Part shown: positions 21,350-32,186 of the stretch, in pieces
Layout: the number at the start of each line of letters is the position of its first letter
How positions within the stretch are numbered: position 1 is the first letter of the stretch
Assembly (NCBI GenBank): GCA_963668625.2
Contig: CAXXKA010000005.1
Coordinates: forward strand, 32,001 to 96,000
Direction: 5' to 3'
DNA: 64,000 nucleotides
Origin: an uncultured candidate division Zixibacteria bacterium
Lineage (GTDB): Bacteria; Zixibacteria; MSB-5A5; UBA10806; 4484-95
The notes under the pieces: model-generated
The model's database searches: none
The model's input: only the letters and a program-made list of their open reading frames with translations
Told to the model about the DNA's origin: nothing
Program-made: the position numbers and the translations under genes

Positions 21350-23402
21350 TGACGAAGAACGCATGTGCGAAAGCCTCAAAACCCTTCTGGAGATGGAGGG
21401 CTACGAGGTTCAATCGTTTACCGATTCGGTAGAAGCGATTAAATCTTTTCCCGGCAGTAAGTTCGATCTGGTTATAAGCGATATAAAAATGCCCGGCGTG
21501 GATGGCCTGGAGATACTGAAAAAAGCCCATGAGCATGATCCTTATCTGGAGGTCATTCTTATGACCGGCTACGCCTCGCTTCAATCGGCAAAAGACGCTG
21601 TCGATAAAGGCGCTTTTAGCTATCTCACCAAACCGCTGGAGTTCGAGGAACTCAAAATTTCGGTAACCCGCTCTTTGGAAAAACGCCAGATAGCGCTCGA
21701 AAAAGACCGCCTGCTTTCGGAACTGAAAAAAGCTAATATTCTCTTAGAGCAAAAATTAGCCGAAATCGATGCTCTTTACAGCGCCGGTACGATTTTAGCC
21801 AGCACTATCGATCTAACCGAGACATTAAGCCAGATATTATCACTGGCAATCGATGTCATAGGTGCGAAAATCGGTTCGGTGATGATTCTCGATCACGAGA
21901 AAAACGAGCTTTATATCGGCGCCGCCTGTGGTCTCTCCGAGGAGATAGTCCTCAATACGAGAATGAAACTCGGCAGTTCGATTGCCGGACATGTCGCTAA
22001 ATCCGGTGAACCTCTGGTAGTGGAGAATATAGAAAAGGATTCTCGATTCTCCCGCATAAACCGTCAACATTATGAATCTAAATCCTTGATCTCAGTGCCA
22101 TTGAAATATAAGGGACAGATTCACGGCGTGATAAATCTCAACAATAAATTGTCAGGCACGAATTTCACCGAGCATGATTTGAAAGTACTGACAACTTTCG
22201 CCTCGCAAGCCGCAATTGCGGTGGATCGAGCCACGGTGTTTCACGACCGCGGTGAAAAAATAAACGAGTTAACAATCTTACTTGACATAGCACGGGATAT
22301 ATCTTTGGTGGATAAACCCTCAAAAATAGGGGATATCATCCTTAAACAATTGCGCAAACTCATTCACATTGAGGCGATTACATGGTATTCCTACTCCGAT
22401 AGAGCAAAACTTTTCAGATTGGAATTTGCTAATAGCACTCCAGGTAACGAATATAATTATGGTTCACTGGGCGAACTGGAAATAAATAAAGAGGTTATAG
22501 GTTCGCTTAAGTCGGACGATATAGATTTTATAAGAGATAAAATAATGAAAGCGTTTGCAGAGAATCACCCCGAACGCAAGGTTGCAATTGAAGTAATACC
22601 AGTACAAATGCATGGGGCGATTAGCAATCTTATGGTCATTATTTCTGAACAGGAAATTGACTCGGCCGCTAAAAACCTGGCAACTCTGGTAGCCAATCAG
22701 GCTGCCGCTGTTTATGAACGCCAGAAAGCGGTAAGCAGCGGAATGAAACTGGTAACAATGGGTAAGATGATCTCGGAAATTTGCCACGACTTGAAAAAGC
22801 CCCTGACTAATTTAAAGGGCAATGTTCAGGTATATCGCAATAAAATAAAAGGCAAAGAGGCTGATGAGTTCTTCGATAGCTCGAATAAAGAGATCAATCG
22901 ATTGAACGATCTGGTTATGGAGATGGTCGATTTCGCTAATCCCAACAAGTACAGCACTCAGAAAGAGGATATCGAACTGTTGGTTGAGAAAGCGGTTAAA
23001 CTTCTCGAACGAGATATCGATCGGAAAAATATCAAACTGAGCATCTCGAAAGAAAAAGATACCCCAAAAGTCATAATAAACAATAAAGAGATATTCGAGG
23101 TATTGATCAATATCATGCTTAACGGTATCGAGGCGATGGATCCCGGAGGCAGCCTGGGTATTTCTATCGGCAGGCATCCCGAATCGGAGCCTTATGTCAG
23201 GCTCGCGATCTCGGATACCGGTTGTGGTATTCCCGAGGAGGATTGGGCTCGCGTATTCGATAGATACTATACCACTAAAGAAACAGGTACCGGTCTGGGC
23301 CTGGCGATTGTCGAAAGAGTAGTGGATGCCCATAGTGGTAAGATGTCGGTAAACAGTGAAATGGGAAAAGGTACAACATTCAATATAGATTTACCCGTGT
23401 AA
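21312..23402 (+). CDS. hybrid REC-GAF-histidine kinase
   Basis: N-terminal REC (IDD, DIKMP, TKP), GAF, HDLKKPL, DTGCGI, GTGLGL. Confidence 0.9.
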   Translation: MKMMQPTKILLIDDEERMCESLKTLLEMEGYEVQSFTDSVEAIKSFPGSKFDLVISDIKMPGVDGLEILKKAHEHDPYLEVILMTGYASLQSAKDAVDKGAFSYLTKPLEFEELKISVTRSLEKRQIALEKDRLLSELKKANILLEQKLAEIDALYSAGTILASTIDLTETLSQILSLAIDVIGAKIGSVMILDHEKNELYIGAACGLSEEIVLNTRMKLGSSIAGHVAKSGEPLVVENIEKDSRFSRINRQHYESKSLISVPLKYKGQIHGVINLNNKLSGTNFTEHDLKVLTTFASQAAIAVDRATVFHDRGEKINELTILLDIARDISLVDKPSKIGDIILKQLRKLIHIEAITWYSYSDRAKLFRLEFANSTPGNEYNYGSLGELEINKEVIGSLKSDDIDFIRDKIMKAFAENHPERKVAIEVIPVQMHGAISNLMVIISEQEIDSAAKNLATLVANQAAAVYERQKAVSSGMKLVTMGKMISEICHDLKKPLTNLKGNVQVYRNKIKGKEADEFFDSSNKEINRLNDLVMEMVDFANPNKYSTQKEDIELLVEKAVKLLERDIDRKNIKLSISKEKDTPKVIINNKEIFEVLINIMLNGIEAMDPGGSLGISIGRHPESEPYVRLAISDTGCGIPEEDWARVFDRYYTTKETGTGLGLAIVERVVDAHSGKMSVNSEMGKGTTFNIDLPV

Positions 23403-23406
23403 TATT

Positions 23407-24804
23407 ATGAGTGATAAAAATGTAAAAATACTGATCATCGATGATGATCCAAAGGTGCCCTGGATTATAACCGAGGGACTGGGTGATGAATACGAGATAA
23501 ACTCCGCCCGTGATGGACAGGAAGCTTTGTCGATTCTATCCCAGAAAGATAATGCGAATAAGCCCGATTTGATCCTCCTGGATATCAAGATGCCGGGACA
23601 ATCGGGGCTGGAAGTGCTGGAAAAAATCAAGAAGGTCGACTCGAATCTGGATGTCATGATGCTTTCGGGCCATGGTGATACCCAGAATATCGTCGACTCG
23701 ATTAAAAAAGGCGCCGCAGAATTTATACCCAAGCCTTTCGATGTGAAAGAGCTGGAAATTCATATTCGTACCGTGCTGGAAAAAAAGAGGCTCAAACTAG
23801 AGATCACCGATCTCAAAAAGAAAATCCGTGAAAGCCAGCATGAGATGTTAGTCGGCGATACCGAACCGATGCTTAAAGTTAAAAGCATCGTCGAGCAAAT
23901 CTCACCGAGTGATTTGACCGTGCTGATTCGAGGTGAGTCGGGTACCGGTAAGGAAATTATCGCCCGCATGATTCACAATATGTCGCCGCGAAAGAATGAA
24001 CCGTTCGTTAAGGTCAATTGCGCCGCTATTCCCCGCGAACTTCTAGAGGCCGAGCTTTTCGGTTATGAGAGAGGTGCGTTTACCGGCGCTAACAAAACCA
24101 AACCGGGACGGTTCGAGGTTGCCAACAAAGGCACAATGTTCCTGGATGAGATAGGCGACATGCAAATCGAACTGCAAACAAAACTGCTGCAGGTTCTTGA
24201 ACAGCACGAATTCGTCCGGGTCGGTGGTATTAGCAATATCCATGTAGATGTTAGAATCGTCTGCGCTACCAACAAAAATCTCGAGGAGGCCATGGAAACC
24301 AAAGAGATGCGCAACGATCTCTATTACCGTCTGAACGAAATTACGGTAAATCTGCCGCCTCTGCGCGACCGCCGCGATGATATACCGTTGCTGGCCGAGC
24401 ATTTCCTCCAGAAATACTCTCTTCTGTATGATAAAGAACAAAAAAGCGTGCGCTCGGAAACCATGAAACATATGGTGAATTTCCAGTGGCCCGGCAATGT
24501 CCGCCAATTGGAGAACCTGATTAAGCAAATCGTGGTCAGGGGGGATGAGAATATCATCTATGAGACGCTAAAAGGGCCTATCCCGACTCCTGACAAGCAG
24601 GAAAACGCCTTCCCTATAAGCTATGAGGATGGCGATTATACGTTGAAAGATAAAGTCAGCAAAGTGGTTACCGAGGTGGAGAAAAACCTGATAAGTCGCG
24701 TTCTGGTGAAAACCAATTGGAATAGGCGCAAGGCCGCCAAGCTCTTAGATATAAGTTACAGATCGCTGTTGTACAAAATAAAAGACTATAAGATCATTGA
24801 TTAA
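23407..24804 (+). CDS. sigma54-dependent response regulator (NtrC/AtoC family)
   Basis: REC, GESGTGKE, GAFTGA, FLDEIG, WPGNVRQL and a Fis-type HTH. Confidence 0.95.
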   Translation: MSDKNVKILIIDDDPKVPWIITEGLGDEYEINSARDGQEALSILSQKDNANKPDLILLDIKMPGQSGLEVLEKIKKVDSNLDVMMLSGHGDTQNIVDSIKKGAAEFIPKPFDVKELEIHIRTVLEKKRLKLEITDLKKKIRESQHEMLVGDTEPMLKVKSIVEQISPSDLTVLIRGESGTGKEIIARMIHNMSPRKNEPFVKVNCAAIPRELLEAELFGYERGAFTGANKTKPGRFEVANKGTMFLDEIGDMQIELQTKLLQVLEQHEFVRVGGISNIHVDVRIVCATNKNLEEAMETKEMRNDLYYRLNEITVNLPPLRDRRDDIPLLAEHFLQKYSLLYDKEQKSVRSETMKHMVNFQWPGNVRQLENLIKQIVVRGDENIIYETLKGPIPTPDKQENAFPISYEDGDYTLKDKVSKVVTEVEKNLISRVLVKTNWNRRKAAKLLDISYRSLLYKIKDYKIID

Positions 24805-24964
24805 TAGTGTGCAATATTTGTGCAATAGCCTGCAATGAATGTCGATGATACTTTGGTAGAAATGATTTTAAGGACAATCTGAAGGGATAAGGTAAGTCTT
24901 TAGTAACTAACAAGTAATGCCTAAGTTGATAATCCTGTAGAAATTCTTATTACGGGAACATAAG

Positions 24965-24980
24965 TGGCATTATATTTGCA
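24965..24980 (+). promoter_or_regulatory. sigma54 (-24/-12) promoter
   Basis: TGGCAT-TATAT-TTGCA matches TGGCAC-N5-TTGCW; it lies directly after an NtrC-family gene and 30 bp before the 25010 ORF. Confidence 0.75.
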
Positions 24981-25009
24981 ATTAAAAAAGGCAATAAGTT
25001 AATTAAAAG

Positions 25010-25498
25010 ATGTTAAACGAAGTGGTTCCCATCATGGATAAAGAAACAAGACTGATTGATCGTATTTACAGCGCACCGGAAAATTTCTTGAGCAGAGTTA
25101 GCCAGGAACTAAAACGAGCCCAACGTTACCTGAGCTTTGTCTCATACCTGAATATCGACACCAAACATCTGGGGGTAAACGAAGATTCATCGAACGGTGG
25201 CATATCGCTGGAGGTTTACGATAAAATCCGGCAACACATAAGAAACTCGATCAGGCAAACCGATATAGTCTCGGGTTTCCAGGATGGCAGAGTCAGCGTT
25301 CTTCTGGTTGAAACAAACAAGCCGGGTGCTGAAATCGTTCGCAACAGGCTGCAGCAAAGTATCAAATATTACCTTCACGAAATAGTCGAATCCCCGATGA
25401 ATTGGAAAGTCAATATAAAAACCGGCAGTTTCCCGGATGACGAGCACACTCCCAATTCATTTTATCAAAAAATTAACTCGACTCTCTCAGAAGAATAG
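25010..25498 (+). CDS. stand-alone degenerate GGDEF-fold protein
   Basis: ELKRAQRY...IRQTDIVSGFQDGRVSVLL...GAEIVRNRL...TGSFP. The RxxD I-site is kept and GGDEF is replaced by QDGRV. Confidence 0.7.
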   Translation: MLNEVVPIMDKETRLIDRIYSAPENFLSRVSQELKRAQRYLSFVSYLNIDTKHLGVNEDSSNGGISLEVYDKIRQHIRNSIRQTDIVSGFQDGRVSVLLVETNKPGAEIVRNRLQQSIKYYLHEIVESPMNWKVNIKTGSFPDDEHTPNSFYQKINSTLSEE

Positions 25499-25574
25499 TT
25501 TACTATTACTTAATCAAGTATATAGGATTTATTCAGGCTGTTTAAGCCTGATTTTTGTAATTTTATGGGTGATT

Positions 25575-27410
25575 ATGACACAAACTTTCAATGACAGACT
25601 TAAAGCCGGTATCATCATTTGTGATGGCGGCATGGGCACCTATTTAAATCAGATGGGAATTTCATACGACCATTGTTTCGATGAGTTAAACCTGTCGCGC
25701 CCGGAGTTAATCGGTGATGTTCATGGCCGGTATATCAATGCCGGCGCAGAGATAATCGAGACCAATACTTTCGGGGGCAATGCCATCAGGTTGGCCTCCC
25801 ACGCATTGGAAAAGAAAGTACGCGAGATCAATATCAAGGCCGCAAAAATCGCTCGCGAATCACGCGATATTTCCGGTCAGGATATCCTGATTGCCGGCTC
25901 GATCGGACCGCTGGGAAAACATCTGGAGCCATTCGGTAAGATAAGCCATCAAGAGGCAGCCGAAATTTACACCGAGCAAATAGAGGCATTACTCGAGGGC
26001 GGAGTAGACCTGTTTATTGTCGAAACCCTATCGAATCTCGAGGAGATGGAGATAGTCATAAAGGCGATAAAAAATATCAGCGAACTGCCTATCATTGCCC
26101 AGATGACATACACTGCCGAGGGTAAAACCTTATTAGGAAATACTCCAGAGGAATCAGTCGCTCGCCTGGCGCCGCTGGGGGTGGATGTTATCGGTGCGAA
26201 CTGCTCCGTAGGGCCGCAGAAAATGCTGGAGGTTATCCAGCAACTGGCAGAGCTCGGCACGGCTTATATATCCGCTCAACCCAACGCCGGATTACCGAGA
26301 TTGTATAGCGGGCGGTTCGTATATTTCTCATCCCCCGACTATTTCGGCGAGTATGCCCTGAGATTCGTCGAGGCGGGCGCTACCGTATTAGGCGGATGCT
26401 GTGGCACCACGCCTGAGCATATCAAGGCGGTATCGGAGGCCTTGAAGGATGTTCACCCGATACGCAAGGAGCAAACATCCGCTGTTACCTCGATTAAAGT
26501 AAAGACTGTTCAGCCTGCCAAACCCATCGAGAAAGTCTCGCCGTTTCTTGAGAAATTCAAACGTAAGTTCGTTATCTCGGTGGAGATCGATCCGCCTAAA
26601 GGTACGACACCCGATAAACTCATACGCGTGGCCGGTGAACTGAAAGAGGCCGGTTCGGATGCCGTCAACATAGCCGATTCGCCTATGGCGCGTGTGCGCA
26701 TGTCCTGCCTGGCATTAGCTTACCTCATAAAACAACATGTTGATATCGATATAGTTCTGCATTTCACCACCCGCGATCGCAACCTGATGGGACTGCAATC
26801 GGATCTTCTGGGGGCGAACGCCATCGGTATACGCGATATCCTGGCCCTTACCGGAGACCCGCCGCATGTCGGTGACTACCCGCACGCCACGGCTGTCTAT
26901 GATGTCGACTCTATCGGTCTGGTGAGTATCATCACCAAGTTAAACTCGGGGTTCGATTTCGCCGGTAACTCTATAGGCAAACCCACCCAGCTATCCATAG
27001 GCGTGGCCGCGAATCCGACCTCGCCCGATATCGAGCTGGAAATGGCCCGCTTAGAACGCAAGATCGCCGCCGGAGCGCAATATATATTCACTCAACCGAT
27101 GTATGATATCGATACGATTAACGGCTTCCTCGAAAAGATATCGCAGTTCTCATTGCCGATAATGCTGGGAATACTCCCGCTTGTCAGCTACAAGCATGCC
27201 GAGTTCATGCATCACGAGGTGCCAGGTATACTAATCCCCGATAATATTCGCCAGAGAATGAATAAAGCCGGGGAGAGATCAGCCGAGGAAGGCGCGGTTA
27301 TCTCATTGGAGATTATCGAAAAGATTAAACAGTCGGTGGCCGGATTATACCTGATGCCCTCATTCGGAAAATACGACACCTGCCGGGATATTATTAAAGA
27401 GATAGTTTAG
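25575..27410 (+). CDS. yitJ: bifunctional homocysteine S-methyltransferase / methylenetetrahydrofolate reductase
   Basis: DGGMGT, ETNTFG, GANCSVGP, QPNAGLP and GGCCGTTP, followed by an MTHFR domain (VEIDPPKG, ADSPMA, RDRN, TGDPP, TQP). Start ATG 25575. Confidence 0.92.
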   Translation: MTQTFNDRLKAGIIICDGGMGTYLNQMGISYDHCFDELNLSRPELIGDVHGRYINAGAEIIETNTFGGNAIRLASHALEKKVREINIKAAKIARESRDISGQDILIAGSIGPLGKHLEPFGKISHQEAAEIYTEQIEALLEGGVDLFIVETLSNLEEMEIVIKAIKNISELPIIAQMTYTAEGKTLLGNTPEESVARLAPLGVDVIGANCSVGPQKMLEVIQQLAELGTAYISAQPNAGLPRLYSGRFVYFSSPDYFGEYALRFVEAGATVLGGCCGTTPEHIKAVSEALKDVHPIRKEQTSAVTSIKVKTVQPAKPIEKVSPFLEKFKRKFVISVEIDPPKGTTPDKLIRVAGELKEAGSDAVNIADSPMARVRMSCLALAYLIKQHVDIDIVLHFTTRDRNLMGLQSDLLGANAIGIRDILALTGDPPHVGDYPHATAVYDVDSIGLVSIITKLNSGFDFAGNSIGKPTQLSIGVAANPTSPDIELEMARLERKIAAGAQYIFTQPMYDIDTINGFLEKISQFSLPIMLGILPLVSYKHAEFMHHEVPGILIPDNIRQRMNKAGERSAEEGAVISLEIIEKIKQSVAGLYLMPSFGKYDTCRDIIKEIV

Positions 27411-28045
27411 TTATTTATTCTAACCATATTGCCCCAGAGTCATTATCAATAGTTGTATAAATTTTTCTCGTTACGAAGCGCTGCTTCGTAACGCTGCTGA
27501 ATACCAGTAGTAAAATTATCAGTTGTAGACCGCTAATCAAATGAGGTTCTAAAGCATTGGAAAGTGTAACGGATGTCATGAGACAATGTTTAACATATCT
27601 ATTACCAAAGAGCGGGCAAGCTTTACCCCTACAAAATAGCATACAATTGCTGAAAGCATGCAGGGCTAAAGTTCACTTTTGCCTTTAAAGAACAGCTTTC
27701 TAACTGCGCAATTACCCCTTAAATCATTCCCCAAAGCGCCATGCCAAAATTATTGCCTTATAAAAATATATACTTCTTAAAAATAATTTTCCAACATCAA
27801 TATACTATTAGCATATATATCTCTTAGTTTGTATTAATCTTATAAAAAGACCCTCGATTTAGCAATCATTCTCGCTTGTGCCACTTTTCACAAGCCTTTA
27901 TTTTTTAAGCATTTAGCTTGACTTATATAAGGCAATATTTTAGCTTAGTAAGTCTTTTGAAAATATAATAAGAACAACGCGTAATCAGATCAGTAAAACA
28001 GTTTGTGTTTAAATCAATCAATAAAGACAAAGGGTATCGAGCCAA

Positions 28046-29029
28046 TTGAAACATAAGGAAAGGCTTGCCGGATTACTGAGGGGCGATAAGATAGACCGCA
28101 CCCCGGTATCCGCCTGGAATCATTTCTACGATCAGGAAACCAACGCCGAGAATCTCGCTAAAGCGATGCTTTCATTTCAGCAGAGATATGATTGGGATTT
28201 CATGAAAATAAATCCCCGCGCCACGTATTATGTGGAGGACTGGGGCGTTAAAATGAAATTCCTCGGCCGTGAAAACGGGAAACATCTCAGACTGGAAAGC
28301 CCGGTTAAAAGTTCGGATGATTGGCTAAATATCAAGACGCTCGATATCAAAGCGGGGGCATACGGTGAACAACTTAAAGCTGTCAACCTCATTAAAGATG
28401 GCCTGAGGGGGAATCTTCACTTTTTCCAGACCGTCTTCTCACCACTATCGGTAGCCGCCGACTTATGCGAATCAGATGAGGCTTTCATCACCCTGATGAA
28501 CGACAGCACAAACCTTGAATCCGCGCTTGAACAGATTACTATATCGCTTGAAAATTATGTCGAGAAACTGATGAATATCGGCGTGACCGGAATATATTTC
28601 GCCACCACCGAATGGGCCAGCCGTAACAATATCAGCGAGGAACAATACGCGCTATACGGCGAACCCTTCGATCTTCGCGTGCTGGCCAGGGCTAAATCGG
28701 CCGAGATAAATATCCTTCACGTGTGCATGGAATATAACATGCTGCCATTATTCAAAAACTATCCGTTCGATATACTAAGTTGGAATAAATTCGAGCCGGG
28801 CAATATGGATTTTAGCCAGGCCGATAAGATTTTCACCCAACCGTTTCTAGGCGGATTGGATCACCTCGGTACGCTTCTTACCGGTACGCCGAATGATGTC
28901 ATTACCCAGGCGCGCGAGTCTATCGCGGAGGCAGGGCGACATCCGTTTATGCTGGCGCCGGGATGTACCATGAAATTGGGCACCTCACCGGAGAACGTCG
29001 AGGCGATAGGTCAAGCTGTTAGAGGATAA
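28046..29029 (+). CDS. uroporphyrinogen decarboxylase (URO-D/methyltransferase) family protein
   Basis: DRTPVSAWNHF, QTVFSPLS, ILHVC, GGLD and LAPGC motifs. Confidence 0.8.
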   Translation: MKHKERLAGLLRGDKIDRTPVSAWNHFYDQETNAENLAKAMLSFQQRYDWDFMKINPRATYYVEDWGVKMKFLGRENGKHLRLESPVKSSDDWLNIKTLDIKAGAYGEQLKAVNLIKDGLRGNLHFFQTVFSPLSVAADLCESDEAFITLMNDSTNLESALEQITISLENYVEKLMNIGVTGIYFATTEWASRNNISEEQYALYGEPFDLRVLARAKSAEINILHVCMEYNMLPLFKNYPFDILSWNKFEPGNMDFSQADKIFTQPFLGGLDHLGTLLTGTPNDVITQARESIAEAGRHPFMLAPGCTMKLGTSPENVEAIGQAVRG

Positions 29030-29042
29030 AAGGAGATACCAT

Positions 29043-29510
29043 ATGGATACATTCATGCCAGTCGTTAACGAACATCGCTTGTTATGCATGGTTAGCGATT
29101 TTATTCAAACCGCCCGTTCCCAGTATTCGGCGCTGGAGGCGGTTGTCAGGTTATTGGCCTCCAACTACAAACATTTCAACTGGACCGGTATATACCTGCT
29201 TCAGGATGGCTTACTCAGGCTCGGGCCGTACCAGGGCGATCCGTCTCCTCACGATGTTATCCCCATCGAGCGCGGTATATGCGGCGCGGCGGTACGCGAG
29301 GGCAAGACTATCGTCGTCCCCGATGTCAACTCCGATGATCGCTACCTGGCCTGCTCGGTCAACACCCGCTCCGAGATCGTGGTACCGATCTGCAAGAACG
29401 GCCAGATTATCGGCGAGATCGATATCGACTCGGACAATCCCGATGCTTTCGGTGAGTACGACCGCAAGGTATTGGAGCAGGTAGCCGAGAGGCTCGCCGA
29501 GCTATTCTAA
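29043..29510 (+). CDS. msrC: GAF-domain free methionine-(R)-sulfoxide reductase
   Basis: NWTGIY, LGPYQG, GICG, YLACS, SEIVVP and GEIDIDS motifs. Confidence 0.82.
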   Translation: MDTFMPVVNEHRLLCMVSDFIQTARSQYSALEAVVRLLASNYKHFNWTGIYLLQDGLLRLGPYQGDPSPHDVIPIERGICGAAVREGKTIVVPDVNSDDRYLACSVNTRSEIVVPICKNGQIIGEIDIDSDNPDAFGEYDRKVLEQVAERLAELF

Positions 29511-29707
29511 AAGACTCATTCGGAACTTTCCGGCCTACCCACAATACTAATAAGTAAGGCAGTTCCGGTTTTATGCTTTCGTTTTGGATTTGCGGTTTTC
29601 AGGCATCCCCGCCTCTATCTTGGTGGTCTTGAATTTGAGATGTATAGGGTAGAATAAGATTTATAAGATTTATGGTCGGCTAAATACTTTACTTAATAAA
29701 ATATGAA

Positions 29708-31345
29708 TTGGATGATAGTGTTATGGACTATAAGAATGGCAGAAGGGCATTAATTGCAGATAATGAGATTAGAAAGTTAGGTAAAAAGGCTGAAGGAACT
29801 GTTACCGAAACAGAATTGAAAGAAGTATTGCGAAAGTATAACCTTCGTGATGGATTAATTTGTTTGGGGCAAATGTCAGTACAAGTTTTTAATGACCAAA
29901 GTATAAACAGAATTGGAAATGGAGCACTAAGTGATCCAGCAACAGGTATTATTATAACACAGTTTGCACTCGCTTACTTAGCAAATATTATGATTATTTC
30001 CGGTGCTAATGATTTTAAGGCAAAACTTATTAGCAATAAAGATAATTTGTTGGCATTGTTAAATATCTATAGTAATGGTTTAGAATTTCTTGAAACAAAT
30101 AATTATAATAAAACACCAACTGCAGAAAAAGAAATTATTTCTATTTTTGTGAGAATGAGTGGCGAACAATTAGAATATCAGTTTAATTATGTGCACCTAA
30201 TTTCAAGAACACTTATAGTATTTAATGAAATCGTTAAAGAGGTTGTTCCAGATAAATTTGATAAGCTGGAAAATATTTTTAAAACTGAAACTGGCTTAGC
30301 ATTAAATGAATATTTTACTTTAGCAATGGCTGTTTCGGCTGTATCACAAAAGACAGCTACTTTTCGCAAGGAATATTTAACAGAGGCAAATATCCCATCA
30401 ATACAGGAAATATTAAATAATTCAAAAGTAGATAGCTTTTTAAATATGCTGGCAATAGATTATAAAGGTTTTAGGGAGGACGATAAGAATAATAACGTTA
30501 ATCTTCATCCTATTTTTACAAAAACTAGATTTAATCCGCTCGTATTTTATCCAATAGTAAAAACAGATAAAAAAATGGAAGAACCATATGTGATACCAAG
30601 TACTATTACCTATTTAAAGAGGGCATATGGTGGATTGTACTGGTGGTTTCATCGTTATTTCGAGGCAAAAGGCATGCAACTAGATTTTCGAAACTACTAT
30701 GGTAAAGTATTTGAAAACTACGTAGGGCGTATTTTAAAAGGAATATATGGAAAAGAGAATGTCCATCCAGAAATAATATATCCAAAAGGTAAATTCATTG
30801 ATTGGTGGGTTGAGAATAATTCTACTATTTATCTTTTTGAGGCTAAGGCTTATCAATTTGCTCTTCCCACAAAGCAGACTGGTGATATTATGCTTATTGA
30901 AAATGAAGTAAAAACTAAGATGATTAAAGCTGTAAAGCAAGTTTATAAAAGAGTCTTGGATATTGAAAAGTACAAAGAATTGGCAGTTTTTAGAAATAAA
31001 AAGATAATACCTATAGTAGTGTTTTTTGAGATACCTTTAGTATCAGCTCATCTATATAAGGAGTTATTAGATGAAGAGTTGCAGAAACTTGAAGACGAGG
31101 GATTAGTAAATATTAAAAATCAAGAAATCTATTTTATTAATATAGAAGAATTAGAATTATATGCTGGAGCAGTTCATAAAGTATCAATTGAAGATGTATT
31201 TGCAAAATACGATAATAATATTAAGGAAGATTTTTTATCTATAATTAGTAAGGAATTAGGTAGGCTTCCTATAAATGAATACCTTGATAAAGTTTACAAT
31301 GATTTTCAGACAGAGATTACTGGAAAAACGCAGCAAGAATATTAA
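29708..31345 (+). CDS. AT-rich hypothetical protein with C-terminal PD-(D/E)xK (NERD-like) nuclease domain
   Basis: YGKVFENYVGRIL...FIDWWV...IYLFEAK pattern; much more AT-rich than the upstream genes. Confidence 0.65.
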   Translation: MDDSVMDYKNGRRALIADNEIRKLGKKAEGTVTETELKEVLRKYNLRDGLICLGQMSVQVFNDQSINRIGNGALSDPATGIIITQFALAYLANIMIISGANDFKAKLISNKDNLLALLNIYSNGLEFLETNNYNKTPTAEKEIISIFVRMSGEQLEYQFNYVHLISRTLIVFNEIVKEVVPDKFDKLENIFKTETGLALNEYFTLAMAVSAVSQKTATFRKEYLTEANIPSIQEILNNSKVDSFLNMLAIDYKGFREDDKNNNVNLHPIFTKTRFNPLVFYPIVKTDKKMEEPYVIPSTITYLKRAYGGLYWWFHRYFEAKGMQLDFRNYYGKVFENYVGRILKGIYGKENVHPEIIYPKGKFIDWWVENNSTIYLFEAKAYQFALPTKQTGDIMLIENEVKTKMIKAVKQVYKRVLDIEKYKELAVFRNKKIIPIVVFFEIPLVSAHLYKELLDEELQKLEDEGLVNIKNQEIYFINIEELELYAGAVHKVSIEDVFAKYDNNIKEDFLSIISKELGRLPINEYLDKVYNDFQTEITGKTQQEY

Positions 31346-31385
31346 CTCATAAAGCGAATGACAGATGAGAACATCCGCCGCTTAT

Positions 31386-31428
31386 ATAAAAAAAGGCGTT
31401 CACCAGAACGCCTTCAAATCATCGTGGC
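31386..31428. repeat. left copy of the 43-bp direct repeat bounding the cassette array
   Basis: ATAAAAAAAGGCGTTCACCAGAACGCCTTCAAATCATCGTGGC, identical to 43283-43325. Confidence 0.93.
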
Positions 31429-32154
31429 TGGCAGAAGTTTCCGCCTGCTGCTTAGAGACAGCGAGGTTAAATGGCGTAGTAAAGGGGCAGATGAGGTTAT
31501 TTACCATCTTAGAACAATAATTTTAATAATATTACATAATTGCTTGACAAAATAGAATACCCTAGCGCATATTACAGCATATTGGAGCAGGCAGTTTAGG
31601 AGCAGGTTACTTTTACTTCCCCGGAGAACAAATACTTGTATGTGAAGAACAGCCGGTACTCTCGGAAAATTGCTGGCTTGAGGATGTATTATCTTGGCCG
31701 CCAAGGATTTTAATAACGAATGTCGATGTAGTATGGCCTGATGGTCGAGAGTATGAACATACAAGTTTATACGGTTGCGGGTGTATAATAGGGGAAGACT
31801 ACCAGGATACTGTACGTAAAATAAACGGACTTGGTTATATAAGGTTTATAAATAGTGGCTTTCCATATTTCTGGCCTGTTTGTGAAGGTTATATTATTTA
31901 TGATACTTATGCATTTACCTGTATGAGAACCCCATGCCAGGGCGGTGGAGGTGCATTTGAGCCAAAACAATCGATAGCTTTTACTGATTCATTATATAAT
32001 GATTTCCCTGATACACTGGACGTTATTATCTCCGGCGATTCACCTTTATATTTCAAGGCCCGCTCTCATTACTGGTCGTATAGTGATTCAATATCCGCTA
32101 CGCTTTACATAAAAGATGTACTTGAGTCAACGCATACCGTATACCTTTATAACA
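31422..32154. repeat. 733-bp duplicated segment (junction + promoter + 5' effector fragment), copy 1
   Basis: Matches 36943-37675 (offset 5521); one SNP noticed. Confidence 0.9.
31544..31573 (+). promoter_or_regulatory. putative sigma70 promoter of the cassette array (second copy at 37065-37094)
   Basis: TTGACA-N18-CATATT. Confidence 0.5.
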
Positions 32155-32186
32155 AAGGATGAAAAGCCATGGGAAGATTAACTAAT
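31566..32186 (+). pseudogene. internally deleted effector fragment
   Basis: Matches the 5' part of the 37087-38862 frame up to 32154, then jumps straight to AAGGATGAAAAGCCATGGGAAGATTAA, the 3' end of the effector genes. The whole catalytic region is removed. Confidence 0.8.
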
